From NCBI RefSeq assembly GCF_009914755.1, contig NC_060938.1: DNA of 64,000 bases; one strand, given 5' to 3'. The notes beneath the pieces were generated by a model. That model saw nothing but the letters and a program-made list of their open reading frames with translations. It was not told the DNA's origin and ran no database searches. Both the position numbers and the translations under genes were made by a program. Numbering within the stretch: the stretch's first letter is position 1; each line of letters starts with the position of its first letter. This DNA is from the human T2T-CHM13v2.0 reference genome, Homo sapiens. Below are positions 11,340-25,700 of this stretch, in pieces.

Positions 11340-14300
11340 GTTAGCTGCGTGCATATATCCCAAAGAAGATTCTGAGATTGCTTCTGTCTAGTTTTTATGG
11401 GAAGATATTTCCCTTTTCACCGTAGGCGTCCAGGCGCTCCAAATGTCCACTTCCAGATACTACAAAAAGAGTGTTTCAAACCTACTCTGTGAAAGGGAAT
11501 ATTCAACTCTGTGACTTGAATGCACATATCACAAGGAAGTTTCTGAGAATGCTTCTGTCGAGATTTTATATGAAGATATTCCCGTTTCCAACGAAATGCT
11601 GAAATGTATCCAAATATCCCCTCGCAGATTCTACAAAAAGAGTGTTTCAAAACTGCTCTGTAAAAAGAAAGGTTCAACTCTGTTAGTTGAGTACACACAT
11701 CACAAACTAGTTTCACAGAATGCTTCTTTCTAGCTTGTAGGGGAAGATATTCCCTTTATCACCATGGGCCTCAAACCGTCCGAAAAGTCCACTTCCATAT
11801 ACTACAAAAAGAGCGTTTCAAACCTGCTCTATGAAAGGCAATGTTCAACTCTGTGACTTGAATGCAGACATCACAGAGCAGTTTCTGAGAATGCTTCTGT
11901 CTAGATTTTATAGGAAGATATTCCCGTTTCCAACGAAATCTTCACAGCTATCCAAATATCCACTTGCAGATTCTACAAAAAGAGTGTATCAAAACTGCTC
12001 TGTCAAAAGGAAGGTTCTTTTCTGTTAGGTGAGTGCATACGTCATAAAGGAGTTTCTGAGAATGTTTCTGTCTAGTGGTTATGGGAAGATATTTGCTTTT
12101 TCACCATAGGCCTCAGAGCGCTCCAAATATCCACTTGCACATACTACAAAAAGAGTGCCTCAAAGCTGCTCTCTGTAACGGAATGTTCAACTCTATGAGT
12201 TGAATGCAAACATCACAAAGACGTTTCTGAGAATGCTTCTGTCTAGATTTGATATGAAGATCTTCCCGTTTCCAACGAAATCTTCAAATCTATCCAAATG
12301 TCCACTTGCAGATTCAACAGAAAGTGTTTTTCAGAACTGCTCTATCAAAAGAAAGATCCACCTCTGTTAGCTGAGTTCACACATCACAAACAAGTTTATG
12401 AGAATGCTTCTGTCTAGTTTTTATTTGAAGATATTTCCTTTCTCACCATAGAGCTGAAAGCTGTCCTAATGTTCACTTCCAGATACTACAGAAAGAGTGT
12501 TTCAAAACTGCTGTACGAAAGGGAATGTTCAACTCTGTGACTTGAATGCACACATCACAAAGAAGTTTCTGAGGATGCTGCTGTCTACTTTTTATACGTA
12601 ATCCCGTTTCCAACGAAATCCTCCAAGCTATCCAAATATCCACTTGCAGATTCCACAGAAAGACTGTTTCAAAACTGCTCTGTCAATAGAAAGGTTCAAC
12701 TCTGTTAGCTGCGTGCATATATCCCAAAGAAGATTCTGAGATTGCTTCTGTCTAGTTTTTATGGGAAGATATTTCCCTTTGCACCGTAGGTGTCAAGGCG
12801 CTCCAAATGTCCACTTCCAGATACTACAAAAAGAGTGTTTCAAACCTACTCTGTGAAAGGGAATATTCAACTCTGTGACTTGAATGCACATATCACAAAG
12901 AAGTTTCTGAGAATGCTTCTGTCGAGATTTTATATGAAGATATTCCCGTTTCCAACGAAATCCTGAAATCTATCCAAATATCCCCTCGCAGATTCTACAA
13001 AAAGAGTGTTTCAAAACTGCTCTTTAAAAAGTAAGGTTCAACTCTGTTAATTGAGTACACACATCACAAACAAGTTTCACAGAATGCTTCTTTCTAGCTT
13101 GTAGGGGAAGATATTCCCTTTATCACCATGGGCCTCCAACCGTCCGAAACATCCACTTCCATATACTACAAAAAGAGCGTTTCAAACCTGCTCTATGAAA
13201 GGCAATGTTCAACTCTGTGACTTGAATGCAGACATCACAGAGCAGTTTCTGAGAATGCTTCTGTCTAGATTTTATAGGAACATATTCCCGTTTCCAACGA
13301 AATCTTCACAGCTATCCAAATATCCACTTGCAGATTCTACAAAAAGAGTGTATCAAAACTGCTCTGTCAAAAGGAAGGTTCTTCTCTGTTAGGTGAGTGC
13401 ATACGTCATAAAGGAGTTTCTGAGAATGTTTCTGTCTAGTGGTTATGGGAAGATATTTGCTTTTTCCCCGTAGGCCTCAGGGCGCTCCAAATGTCCACTT
13501 GCACATGCTACAAAAAGAGTGCTTCAAAGCTGCTCTCTGAAAGGGAATGTTCAACTCTATGAGTTGAATGCAAACATCACAAAGACGTTTCTGAGAATGC
13601 TTCTGTCTAGATTTGATATGAAGATATTCCCGTTTCCAACGAAATCTTCAAATCTATCCAAATGTCCACTTGCAGATTCAACAAAAAGTGTTTTTCAGAA
13701 CTGCTCTATCAAAAGAAAGATCCACCTCTGTTAGCTGAGTTCACACATCACAAACAAGTTTATGAGAATGCTTCTGTCTAGTTTTTATTTGAAGATATTT
13801 CCTTTCTCACCATAGACCTGAAAGCTGTCCTAATGTTCACTTCCAGTTACTACAGAAAGAGTGTTTCAAAACTGCTGTACGAAAGGGAATGTTCAACTCT
13901 GTGACTTGAATGCACACATCACAAAGAAGTTTCTGAGGATGCTGCTGTCTACTTTTTATACTTAATCCCGTTTCCAACGAAATCCTCCAAGCTATCCAAA
14001 TATCCACTTGCAGATTCCACAGAAAGACTGTTTCAAAACTACTCTGTCAATAGAAAGGTTCAACTCTGTTAGCTGCGTGCATATATCCCAAAGAAGATTC
14101 TGAGATTGCTTCTGTCTAGTTTTTATGGGAAGATATTTCCCTTTTCACCGTAGGCGTCCAGGCGCTCCAAATGTCCACTTCCAGATACTACAAAAAGAGT
14201 GTTTCAAACCTACTCTGTGAAAGGGAATATTCAACTCTGTGACTTGAATGCACATATCACAAGGAAGTTTCTGAGAATGCTTCTGTCGAGATTTTATATG

Positions 14301-16800
14301 AAGATATTCCCGTTTCCAACGAAATGCTGAAATGTATCCAAATATCCCCTCGCAGATTCTACAAAAAGAGTGTTTCAAAACTGCTCTGTAAAAAGAAAGG
14401 TTCAACTCTGTTAGTTGAGTACACACATCACAAACTAGTTTCACAGAATGCTTCTTTCTAGCTTGTAGGGGAAGATATTCCCTTTATCACCATGGGCCTC
14501 AAACCGTCCGAAAAGTCCACTTCCATATACTACAAAAAGAGCGTTTCAAACCTGCTCTATGAAAGGCAATGTTCAACTCTGTGACTTGAATGCAGACATC
14601 ACAGAGCAGTTTCTGAGAATGCTTCTGTCTAGATTTTATAGGAAGATATTCCCGTTTCCAACGAAATCTTCACAGCTATCCAAATATCCACTTGCAGATT
14701 CTACAAAAAGAGTGTATCAAAACTGCTCTGTCAAAAGGAAGGTTCTTTTCTGTTAGGTGAGTGCATACGTCATAAAGGAGTTTCTGAGAATGTTTCTGTC
14801 TAGTGGTTATGGGAAGATATTTGCTTTTTCACCATAGGCCTCAGAGCGCTCCAAATATCCACTTGCACATACTACAAAAAGAGTGCCTCAAAGCTGCTCT
14901 CTGTAACGGAATGTTCAACTCTATGAGTTGAATGCAAACATCACAAAGACGTTTCTGAGAATGCTTCTGTCTAGATTTGATATGAAGATCTTCCCGTTTC
15001 CAACGAAATCTTCAAATCTATCCAAATGTCCACTTGCAGATTCAACAGAAAGTGTTTTTCAGAACTGCTCTATCAAAAGAAAGATCCACCTCTGTTAGCT
15101 GAGTTCACACATCACAAACAAGTTTATGAGAATGCTTCTGTCTAGTTTTTATTTGAAGATATTTCCTTTCTCACCATAGAGCTGAAAGCTGTCCTAATGT
15201 TCACTTCCAGATACTACAGAAAGAGTGTTTCAAAACTGCTGTACGAAAGGGAATGTTCAACTCTGTGACTTGAATGCACACATCACAAAGAAGTTTCTGA
15301 GGATGCTGCTGTCTACTTTTTATACGTAATCCCGTTTCCAACGAAATCCTCCAAGCTATCCAAATATCCACTTGCAGATTCCACAGAAAGACTGTTTCAA
15401 AACTGCTCTGTCAATAGAAAGGTTCAACTCTGTTAGCTGCGTGCATATATCCCAAAGAAGATTCTGAGATTGCTTCTGTCTAGTTTTTATGGGAAGATAT
15501 TTCCCTTTGCACCGTAGGTGTCAAGGCGCTCCAAATGTCCACTTCCAGATACTACAAAAAGAGTGTTTCAAACCTACTCTGTGAAAGGGAATATTCAACT
15601 CTGTGACTTGAATGCACATATCACAAAGAAGTTTCTGAGAATGCTTCTGTCGAGATTTTATATGAAGATATTCCCGTTTCCAACGAAATCCTGAAATCTA
15701 TCCAAATATCCCCTCGCAGATTCTACAAAAAGAGTGTTTCAAAACTGCTCTTTAAAAAGTAAGGTTCAACTCTGTTAATTGAGTACACACATCACAAACA
15801 AGTTTCACAGAATGCTTCTTTCTAGCTTGTAGGGGAAGATATTCCCTTTATCACCATGGGCCTCCAACCGTCCGAAACATCCACTTCCATATACTACAAA
15901 AAGAGCGTTTCAAACCTGCTCTATGAAAGGCAATGTTCAACTCTGTGACTTGAATGCAGACATCACAGAGCAGTTTCTGAGAATGCTTCTGTCTAGATTT
16001 TATAGGAAGATATTCCCGTTTCCAACGAAATCTTCACAGCTATCCAAATATCCACTTGCAGATTCTACAAAAAGAGTGTATCAAAACTGCTCTGTCAAAA
16101 GGAAGGTTCTTCTCTGTTAGGTGAGTGCATACGTCATAAAGGAGTTTCTGAGAATGTTTCTGTCTAGTGGTTATGGGAAGATATTTGCTTTTTCCCCGTA
16201 GGCCTCAGGGCGCTCCAAATGTCCACTTGCACATGCTACAAAAAGAGTGCTTCAAAGCTGCTCTCTGAAAGGGAATGTTCAACTCTATGAGTTGAATGCA
16301 AACATCACAAAGACGTTTCTGAGAATGCTTCTGTCTAGATTTGATATGAAGATATTCCCGTTTCCAACGAAATCTTCAAATCTATCCAAATGTCCACTTG
16401 CAGATTCAACAAAAAGTGTTTTTCAGAACTGCTCTATCAAAAGAAAGATCCACCTCTGTTAGCTGAGTTCACACATCACAAACAAGTTTATGAGAATGCT
16501 TCTGTCTAGTTTTTATTTGAAGATATTTCCTTTCTCACCATAGACCTGAAAGCTGTCCTAATGTTCACTTCCAGTTACTACAGAAAGAGTGTTTCAAAAC
16601 TGCTGTACGAAAGGGAATGTTCAACTCTGTGACTTGAATGCACACATCACAAAGAAGTTTCTGAGGATGCTGCTGTCTACTTTTTATACGTAATCCCGTT
16701 TCCAACGAAATCCTCCAAGCTATCCAAATATCCACTTGCAGATTCCACAGAAAGACTGTTTCAAAACTACTCTGTCAATAGAAAGGTTCAACTCTGTTAG
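11340..16800. repeat. Tandem duplication of a 2-HOR unit (2728 bp)
   Basis: Rare markers are paired at +2728: TTGCACCG (12781/15509), TCTTTAAAAAGTAAGG (13021/15749), CACCATAGG (~12105/14833) and AACTACTC (14041/16769). Confidence 0.9.
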
Positions 16801-19769
16801 CTGCGTGCATATATCCCAAAGAAGATTCTGAGATTGCTTCTGTCTAGTTTTTATGGGAAGATATTTCCCTTTTCACCGTAGGCGTCAAGGCGCTCCAAAT
16901 GTCCACTTCCAGATACTACAAAAAGAGTGTTTCAAACCTACTCTGTGAAAGGGAATATTCAACTCTGTGACTTGAATGCACATATCACAAGGAAGTTTCT
17001 GAGAATGCTTCTGTCGAGATTTTATATGAAGATATTCCCGTTTCCAACGAAATCCTGAAATCTATCCAAATATCCCCTCGCAGATTCTACAAAAAGAGTG
17101 TTTCAAAACTGCTCTGTAAAAAGAAAGGTTCAACTCTGTTAGTTGAGTACACACATCACAAACAAGTTTCACAGAATGCTTCTTTCTAGCTTGTAGGGGA
17201 AGATATTCCCTTTATCACCATGGGCCTCAAACCGTCCGATAAGTCCACTTCCATATACTACAAAAAGAGCGTTTCAAACCTGCTCTATGAAAGGCAATGT
17301 TCAACTCTGTGACTTGAATGCAGACATCACAGAGCAGTTTCTGAGAATGCTTCTGTCTAGATTTTATAGGAAGATATTCCCGTTTCCAACGAAATCTTCA
17401 CAGCTATCCAAATATCCACTTGCAGATTCTACAAAAAGAGTGTATCAAAACTGCTCTGTCAAAAGGAAGGTTCTTTTCTGTTAGGTGAGTGCATACGTCA
17501 TAAAGGAGTTTCTGAGAATGTTTCTGTCTAGTGGTTATGGGAAGATATTTGCTTTTTCACCGTAGGCCTCAGAGCGCTCCAAATATCCACTTGCACATAC
17601 TACAAAAAGAGTGCCTCAAAGCTGCTCTCTGAAACGGAATGTTCAACTCTATGAGTTGAATGCAAACATCGCAAAGACGTTTCTGAGAATGCTTCTGTCT
17701 AGATTTGATATGAAGATATTCCCGTTTCCAACGAAATCTTCAAATCTATCCAAATGTCCACTTGCAGATTCAACAAAAAGTGTTTTTCAGAACTGCTCTA
17801 TCAAAAGAAAGATCCACCTCTGTTAGCTGAGTTCACACATCACAAACAAGTTTATGAGAATGCTTCTGTCTAGTTTTTATTTGAAGATATTTCCTTTCTC
17901 ACCATAGAGCTGAAAGCTGTCCTAATGTTCACTTCCAGATACTACAGAAAGAGTGTTTCAAAACTGCTGTACGAAAGGGAATGTTCAACTCTGTGACTTG
18001 AATGCACACATCACAAAGAAGTTTCTGAGGATGCTGCTGTCTACTTTTTATACGTAATCCCGTTTCCAACGAAATCCTCCAAGCTATCCAAATATCCACT
18101 TGCAGATTCCACAGAAAGACTGTTTCAAAACTGCTCTGTCAATAGAAAGGTTCAACTCTGTTAGCTGCGTGCATATATCCCAAAGAAGATTCTGAGATTG
18201 CTTCTGTCTAGTTTTTATGGGAAGATATTTCCCTTTTCACCGTAGGTGTCAAGGCGCTCCAAATGTCCACTTCCAGATACTACAAAAAGAGTGTTTCAAA
18301 CCTACTCTGTGAAAGGGAATATTCAACTCTGTGACTCGAATGCACATATCACAAAGAAGTTTCTGAGAATGCTTCTGTCGAGATTTTATATGAAGATATT
18401 CCCGTTTCCAACGAAATGCTGAAATCTATCCAAATATCCCCTCGCAGATTCTACAAAAAGAGTGTTTCAAAACTGCTCTGTGAAAAGAAAGGTTCAACTC
18501 TGTTAGTTGAGTACACACATCACAAACAAGTTTCACAGAATGCTTCTTTCTAGCTTGTAGGGGAAGATATTCCCTTTATCACCATGGGCCTCAAACCGTC
18601 CGAAAAGTCCACTTCCATATACTACAAAAAGAGCGTTTCAAACCTGCTCTATGAAAGGCAATGTTCAACTCTGTGACTTGAATGCAGACATCACAGAGCA
18701 GTTTCTGAGAATGCTTCTGTCTAGATTTTATAGGAAGATATTCCCGTTTCCAACGAAATCTTCACAGCTATCCAAATATCCACTTGCAGATTCTACAAAA
18801 AGAGTGTATCAAAACTGCTCTGTCAAAAGGAAGGTTCTTCTCTGTTAGGTGAGTGCATACGTCATAAAGGAGTTTCTGAGAATGTTTCTGTCTAGTGGTT
18901 ATGGGAAGATATTTGCTTTTTCACCGTAAGCCTCAGAGCGCTCCAAATATCCACTTGCACATACTACAAAAAGAGTGCCTCAAAGCTGCTCTCTGAAACG
19001 GAATGTGCAACTCTATGAGTTGAATGCAAACATCGCAAAGACGTTTCTGAGAATGCTTCTGTCTAGATTTGATATGAAGATATTCCCGTTTCCAACGAAA
19101 TCTTCAAATCTATCCAAATGTCCACTTGCAGATTCAACAAAAAGTGTTTTTCAGAACTGCTCTATCAAAAGAAAGATCCACCTCTGTTAGCTGAGTTCAC
19201 ACATCACAAACAAGTTTATGAGAATGCTTCTGTCTAGTTTTTATTTGAAGATATTTCCTTTCTCACCATAGAGCTGAAAGCTGTCCTAATGTTCACTTCC
19301 AGATACTACAGAAAGAGTGATTCAAAACTGCTGTACGAAAGGGAATGTTCAACTCTGTGACTTGAATGCACACATCACAAAGAAGTTTCTGAGGATGCTG
19401 CTGTCTACTTTTTATACGTAATCCCGTTTCCAACGAAATCCTCCAAGCTATCCAAATATCCACTTGCAGATTCCACAGAAAGACTGTTTCAAAACTGCTC
19501 TGTCAATAGAAAGGTTCAACTCTGTTAGCTGCGTGCATATATCCCAAAGAAGATTCTGAGATTGCTTCTGTCTAGTTTTTATGGGAAGATATTTCCCTTT
19601 TCACCGTAGGTGTCAAGGCGCTCCAAATGTCCACTTCCAGATACTACAAAAAGAGTGTTTCTAACCTACTCTGTGAAAGGGAATATTCAACTCTGTGACT
19701 TGAATGCACATATCACAAAGAAGTTTCTGAGAATGCTTCTGTCGAGATTTTATATGAAGATATTCTCGT

Positions 19770-22700
19770 TTACAACGAAATCCTGAAATCTATCCAAATA
19801 TCCCCTCGCAGATTCTACAAAAAGAGTGTTTCAAAACTGCTCTGTAAAAAGAAAGGTTCAACTCTGTTAGTTGAGTACACACATCACAAACAAGTTTCAC
19901 AGAATGCTTCTTTCTAGCTTGTAGGGGAAGATATTCCCTTTATCACCATGGGCCTCCAACCGTCCGAAACATCCACTTCCATATACTACAAAAAGAGCGT
20001 TTCAAACCTGCTCTATGAAAGGCAATGTTCAACTCTGTGACTTGAATGCAGACATCACAGAGCAGTTTCTGAGAATGCTTCTGTCTAGATTTTATAGGAA
20101 GATATTCCCGTTTCCAACGAAATCTTCACAGCTATCCAAATATCCACTTGCAGATTCTACAAAAAGAGTGTATCAAAACTGCTCTGTCAAAAGGAAGGTT
20201 CTTCTCTGTTAGGTGAGTGCATACGTCATAAAGGAGTTTCTGAGAATGTTTCTGTCTAGTGGTTATGGGAAGATATTTGCTTTTTCCCCGTAGGCCTCAG
20301 GGCGCTCCAAATGTCCACTTGCACATGCTACAAAAAGAGTGCTTCAAAGCTGCTCTCTGAAAGGGAATGTTCAACTCTATGAGTTGAATGCAAACATCAC
20401 AAAGACGTTTCTGAGAATGCTTCTGTCTAGATTTGATATGAAGATATTCCCGTTTCCAACGAAATCTTCAAATCTATCCAAATGTCCACTTGCAGATTCA
20501 ACAAAAAGTGTTTTTCAGAACTGCTCTATCAAAAGGAAGATCCACCTCTGTTAGCTGAGTTCAGACATCACAAACAAGTTTATGAGAATGCTTCTGTCTA
20601 GTTTTTATTTGAAGATATTTCCTTTCTCACCATAGACCTGAAAGCTGTCCTAATGTTCACTTCCAGTTACTACAGAAAGAGTGTTTCAAAACTGCTGTAC
20701 GAAAGGGAATGTTCAACTCTGTGACTTGAATGCACACATCACAAAGAAATTTCTGAGGATGCTGCTGTCTACTTTTTATACTTAATCCCGTTTCCAACGA
20801 AATCCTTCAAGCTATCCAAATATCCACTTGCAGATTCCACAGAAAGACTGTTTCAAAACTGCTCTGTCAATAGAAAGGTTCAACTCTGTTAGCTGCGTGC
20901 ATATATCCCAAAGAAGATTCTGAGATTGCTTCTGTCTAGTTTTTATGGGAAGATATTTCCCTTTTCACCGTAGGCGTCCAGGCGCTCCAAATGTCCACTT
21001 CCAGATACTACAAAAAGAGTGTTTCAAACCTACTCTGTGAAAGGGAATATTCAACTCTGTGACTTGAATGCACATAACACAAGGAAGTTTCTGAGAATGC
21101 TTCTGTCGAGATTTTATATGAAGATATTCCCGTTTCCAACGAAATGCTGAAATGTATCCAAATAACCCCTCGCAGATTCTACAAAAAGAGTGTTTCAAAA
21201 CTGCTCTGTAAAAAGAAAGGTTCAACTCTGTTAGTTGAGTACACACATCACAAACTAGTTTCACAGAATGCTTCTTTCTAGCTTGTAGGGGAAGATATTC
21301 CCTTTATCACCATGGGCCTCAAACCGTCCGAAAAGTCCACTTCCATATACTACAAAAAGAGCGTTTCAAACCTGCTCTATGAAAGGCAATGTTCAACTCT
21401 GTGACTTGAATGCAGACATCACAGAGCAGTTTCTGAGAATGCTTCTGTCTAGATTTTATAGGAAGATATTCCCGTTTCCAACGAAATCTTCACAGCTATC
21501 CAAATATCCACTTGCAGATTCTACAAAAAGAGTGTATCAAAACTGCTCTGTCAAAAGGAAGGTTCTTTTCTGTTAGGTGAGTGCATACGTCATAAAGGAG
21601 TTTCTGAGAATGTTTCTGTCTAGTGGTTATGGGAAGATATTTGCTTTTTCACCGTAGGCCTCAGAGCGCTCCAAATATCCACTTGCACATACTACAAAAA
21701 GAGTGCCTCAAAGCTGCTCTCTGAAACGGAATGTTCAACTCTATGAGTTGAATGCAAACATCACAAAGACGTTTCTGAGAATGCTTCTGTCTAGATTTGA
21801 TATGAAGATATTCCCGTTTCCAACGAAATCTTCAAATCTATCCTAATGTCCACTTGCAGATTCAACAAAAAGTGTTTTTCAGAACTGCTCTATCAAAAGA
21901 AAGATCCACCTCTGTTAGCTGAGTTCAGACATCACAAACAAGTTTATGAGAATGCTTCTGTCTAGTTTTTATTTGAAGATATTTCCTTTCTCACCATAGA
22001 CCTGAAAGCTGTCCTAATGTTCACTTCCAGTTACTACAGAAAGAGTGTTTCAAAACTGCTGTACGAAAGGGAATGTTCAACTCTGTGACTTGAATGCACA
22101 CATCACAAAGAAGTTTCTGAGGATGCTGCTGTCTACTTTTTATACTTAATCCCGTTTCCAACGAAATCCTCCAAGCTATCCAAATATCCACTTGCAGATT
22201 CCACAGAAAGACTGTTTCAAAACTGCTCTGTCAATAGAAAGGTTCAACTCTGTTAGCTGCGTGCATATATCCCAAAGAAGATTCTGAGATTGCTTCTGTC
22301 TAGTTTTTATGGGAAGATATTTCCCTTTTCACCGTAGGCGTCAAGGCGCTCCAAATGTCCACTTCCAGATACTACAAAAAGAGTGTTTCAAACCTACTCT
22401 GTGAAAGGGAATATTCAACTCTGTGACTTGAATGCACATATCACAAGGAAGTTTCTGAGAATGCTTCTGTCGAGATTTTATATGAAGATATTCCCGTTTC
22501 CAACGAAATCCTGAAATCTATCCAAATATCCCCTCGCAGATTCTACAAAAAGAGTGTTTCAAAACTGCTCTGTAAAAAGAAAGGTTCAACTCTGTTAGTT
22601 GAGTACACACATCACCAACAAGTTTCACAGAATGCTTCTTTCTAGCTTGTAGGGGAAGATATTCCCTTTATCACCATGGGCCTCAAACCGTCCGATAAGT

Positions 22701-25700
22701 CCACTTCCATATACTACAAAAAGAGCGTTTCAAACCTGCTCTATGAAAGGCAATGTTCAACTCTGTGACTTGAATGCAGACATCACAGAGCAGTTTCTGA
22801 GAATGCTTCTGTCTAGATTTTATAGGAAGATATTCCCGTTTCCAACGAAATCTTCACAGCTATCCAAATATCCACTTGCAGATTCTACAAAAAGAGTGTA
22901 TCAAAACTGCTCTGTCAAAAGGAAGGTTCTTCTCTGTTAGGTGAGTGCATACGTCATAAAGGAGTTTCTGAGAATGTTTCTGTCTAGTGGTTATGGGAAG
23001 ATATTTGCTTTTTCACCGTAGGCCTCAGAGCGCTCCAAATATCCACTTGCACATGCTACAAAAAGAGTGCTTCAAAGCTGGTCTCTGAAACGGAATGTTC
23101 AACTCTATGAGTTGAATGCAAACATCACAAAGACGTTTCTGAGAATGCTTCTGTCTAGATTTGATATGAAGATATTCCCGTTTCCAACGAAATCTTCAAA
23201 TCTATCCAAATGTCCACTTGCAGATTCAACAAAAAGTGTTTTTCAGAACTGCTCTATCAAAAGAAAGATCCACCTCTGTTAGCTGAGTTCACACATCACA
23301 AACAAGTTTATGAGAATGCTTCTGTCTAGTTTTTATTTGAAGATATTTCCTTTCTCACCATAGAGCTGAAAGCTGTCCTAATGTTCACTTCCAGATACTA
23401 CAGAAAGAGTGTTTCAAAACTGCTGTACGAAAGGGAATGTTCAACTCTGTGACTTGAATGCACACATCACAAAGAAGTTTCTGAGGATGCTGCTGTCTAC
23501 TTTTTATACGTAATCCCGTTTCCAACGAAATCCTCCAAGCTATCCAAATATCCACTTGCAGATTCCACAGAAAGGCTGTTTCAAAACTGCTCTGTCAATA
23601 GAAAGGTTCAACTCTGTTAGCTGCGTGCATATATCCCAAAGAAGATTCTGAGATTGCTTCTGTCTAGTTTTTATGGGAAGATATTTCCCTTTTCACCGTA
23701 GGTGTCAAGGCGCTCCAAATGTCCACTTCCAGATACTACAAAAAGAGTGTTTCCAACCTACTCTGTGAAAGGGAATATTCAACTCTGTGACTTGAATGCA
23801 CATATCACAAAGAAGTTTCTGAGAATGCTTCTGTCGAGATTTTATATGAAGATATTCCCGTTTACAACGAAATCCTGAAATCTATCCAAATATCCCCTCG
23901 CAGATTCTACAAAAAGAGTGTTTCAAAACTGCTCTGTAAAAAGAAAGGTTCAACTCTGTTAGTTGAGTACACACATCACAAACAAGTTTCACAGAATGCT
24001 TCTTTCTAGCTTGTAGGGGAAGATATTCCCTTTATCACCATGGGCCTCCAACCGTCCGAAACATCCACTTCCATATACTACAAAAAGAGCGTTTCAAACC
24101 TGCTCTATGAAAGGCAATGTTCAACTCTGTGACTTGAATGCAGACATCACAGAGCAGTTTCTGAGAATGCTTCTGTCTAGATTTTATAGGAAGATATTCC
24201 CGTTTCCAACGAAATCTTCACAGCTATCCAAATATCCACTTGCAGATTCAACAAAAAGAGTGTATCAAAACTGCTCTGTCAAAAGGAAGGTTCTTCTCTG
24301 TTAGGTGAGTGCATACGTCATAAAGGAGTTTCTGAGAATGTTTCTGTCTAGTGGTTATGGGAAGATATTTGCTTTTTCCCCGTAGGCCTCAGGGCGCTCC
24401 AAATGTCCACTTGCACATGCTACAAAAAGAGTGCTTCAAAGCTGCTCTCTGAAAGGGAATGTTCAACTCTATGAGTTGAATGCAAACATCACAAAGACGT
24501 TTCTGAGAATGCTTCTGTCTAGATTTGATATGAAGATATTCCCGTTTCCAACGAAATCTTCAAATCTATCCAAATGTCCACTTGCAGATTCAACAAAAAG
24601 TGTTTTTCAGAACTGCTCTATCAAAAGGAAGATCCACCTCTGTTAGCTGAGTTCAGACATCACAAACAAGTTTATGAGAATGCTTCTGTCTAGTTTTTAT
24701 TTGAAGATATTTCCTTTCTCACCATAGACCTGAAAGCTGTCCTAATGTTCACTTCCAGTTACTACAGAAAGAGTGTTTCAAAACTGCTGTACGAAAGGGA
24801 ATGTTCAACTCTGTGACTTGAATGCACACATCACAAAGAAATTTCTGAGGATGCTGCTGTCTACTTTTTATACTTAATCCCGTTTCCAACGAAATCCTTC
24901 AAGCTATCCAAATATCCACTTGCAGATTCCACAGAAAGACTGTTTCAAAACTGCTCTGTCAATAGAAAGGTTCAACTCTGTTAGCTGCGTGCATATATCC
25001 CAAAGAAGATTCTGAGATTGCTTCTGTCTAGTTTTTATGGGAAGATATTTCCCTTTTCACCGTAGGCGTCCAGGCGCTCCAAATGTCCACTTCCAGATAC
25101 TACAAAAAGAGTGTTTCAAACCTACTCTGTGAAAGGGAATATTCAACTCTGTGACTTGAATGCACATAACACAAGGAAGTTTCTGAGAATGCTTCTGTCG
25201 AGATTTTATATGAAGATATTCCCGTTTCCAACGAAATGCTGAAATGTATCCAAATAACCCCTCGCAGATTCTACAAAAAGAGTGTTTCAAAACTGCTCTG
25301 TAAAAAGAAAGGTTCAACTCTGTTAGTTGAGTACACACATCACAAACTAGTTTCACAGAATGCTTCTTTCTAGCTTGTAGGGGAAGATATTCCCTTTATC
25401 ACCATGGGCCTCAAACCGTCCGAAAAGTCCACTTCCATATACTACAAAAAGAGCGTTTCAAACCTGCTCTATGAAAGGCAATGTTCAACTCTGTGACTTG
25501 AATGCAGACATCACAGAGCAGTTTCTGAGAATGCTTCTGTCTAGATTTTATAGGAAGATATTCCCGTTTCCAACGAAATCTTCACAGCTATCCAAATATC
25601 CACTTGCAGATTCTACAAAAAGAGTGTATCAAAACTGCTCTGTCAAAAGGAAGGTTCTTTTCTGTTAGGTGAGTGCATACGTCATAAAGGAGTTTCTGAG

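Noticed and set aside
24245-24256. Private T>A at 24250 giving GATTCAACAAAAA, the state found in a different monomer of the HOR (possible out-of-register conversion)
   Set aside because: It is a single base and cannot be distinguished from point mutation or sequencing error.
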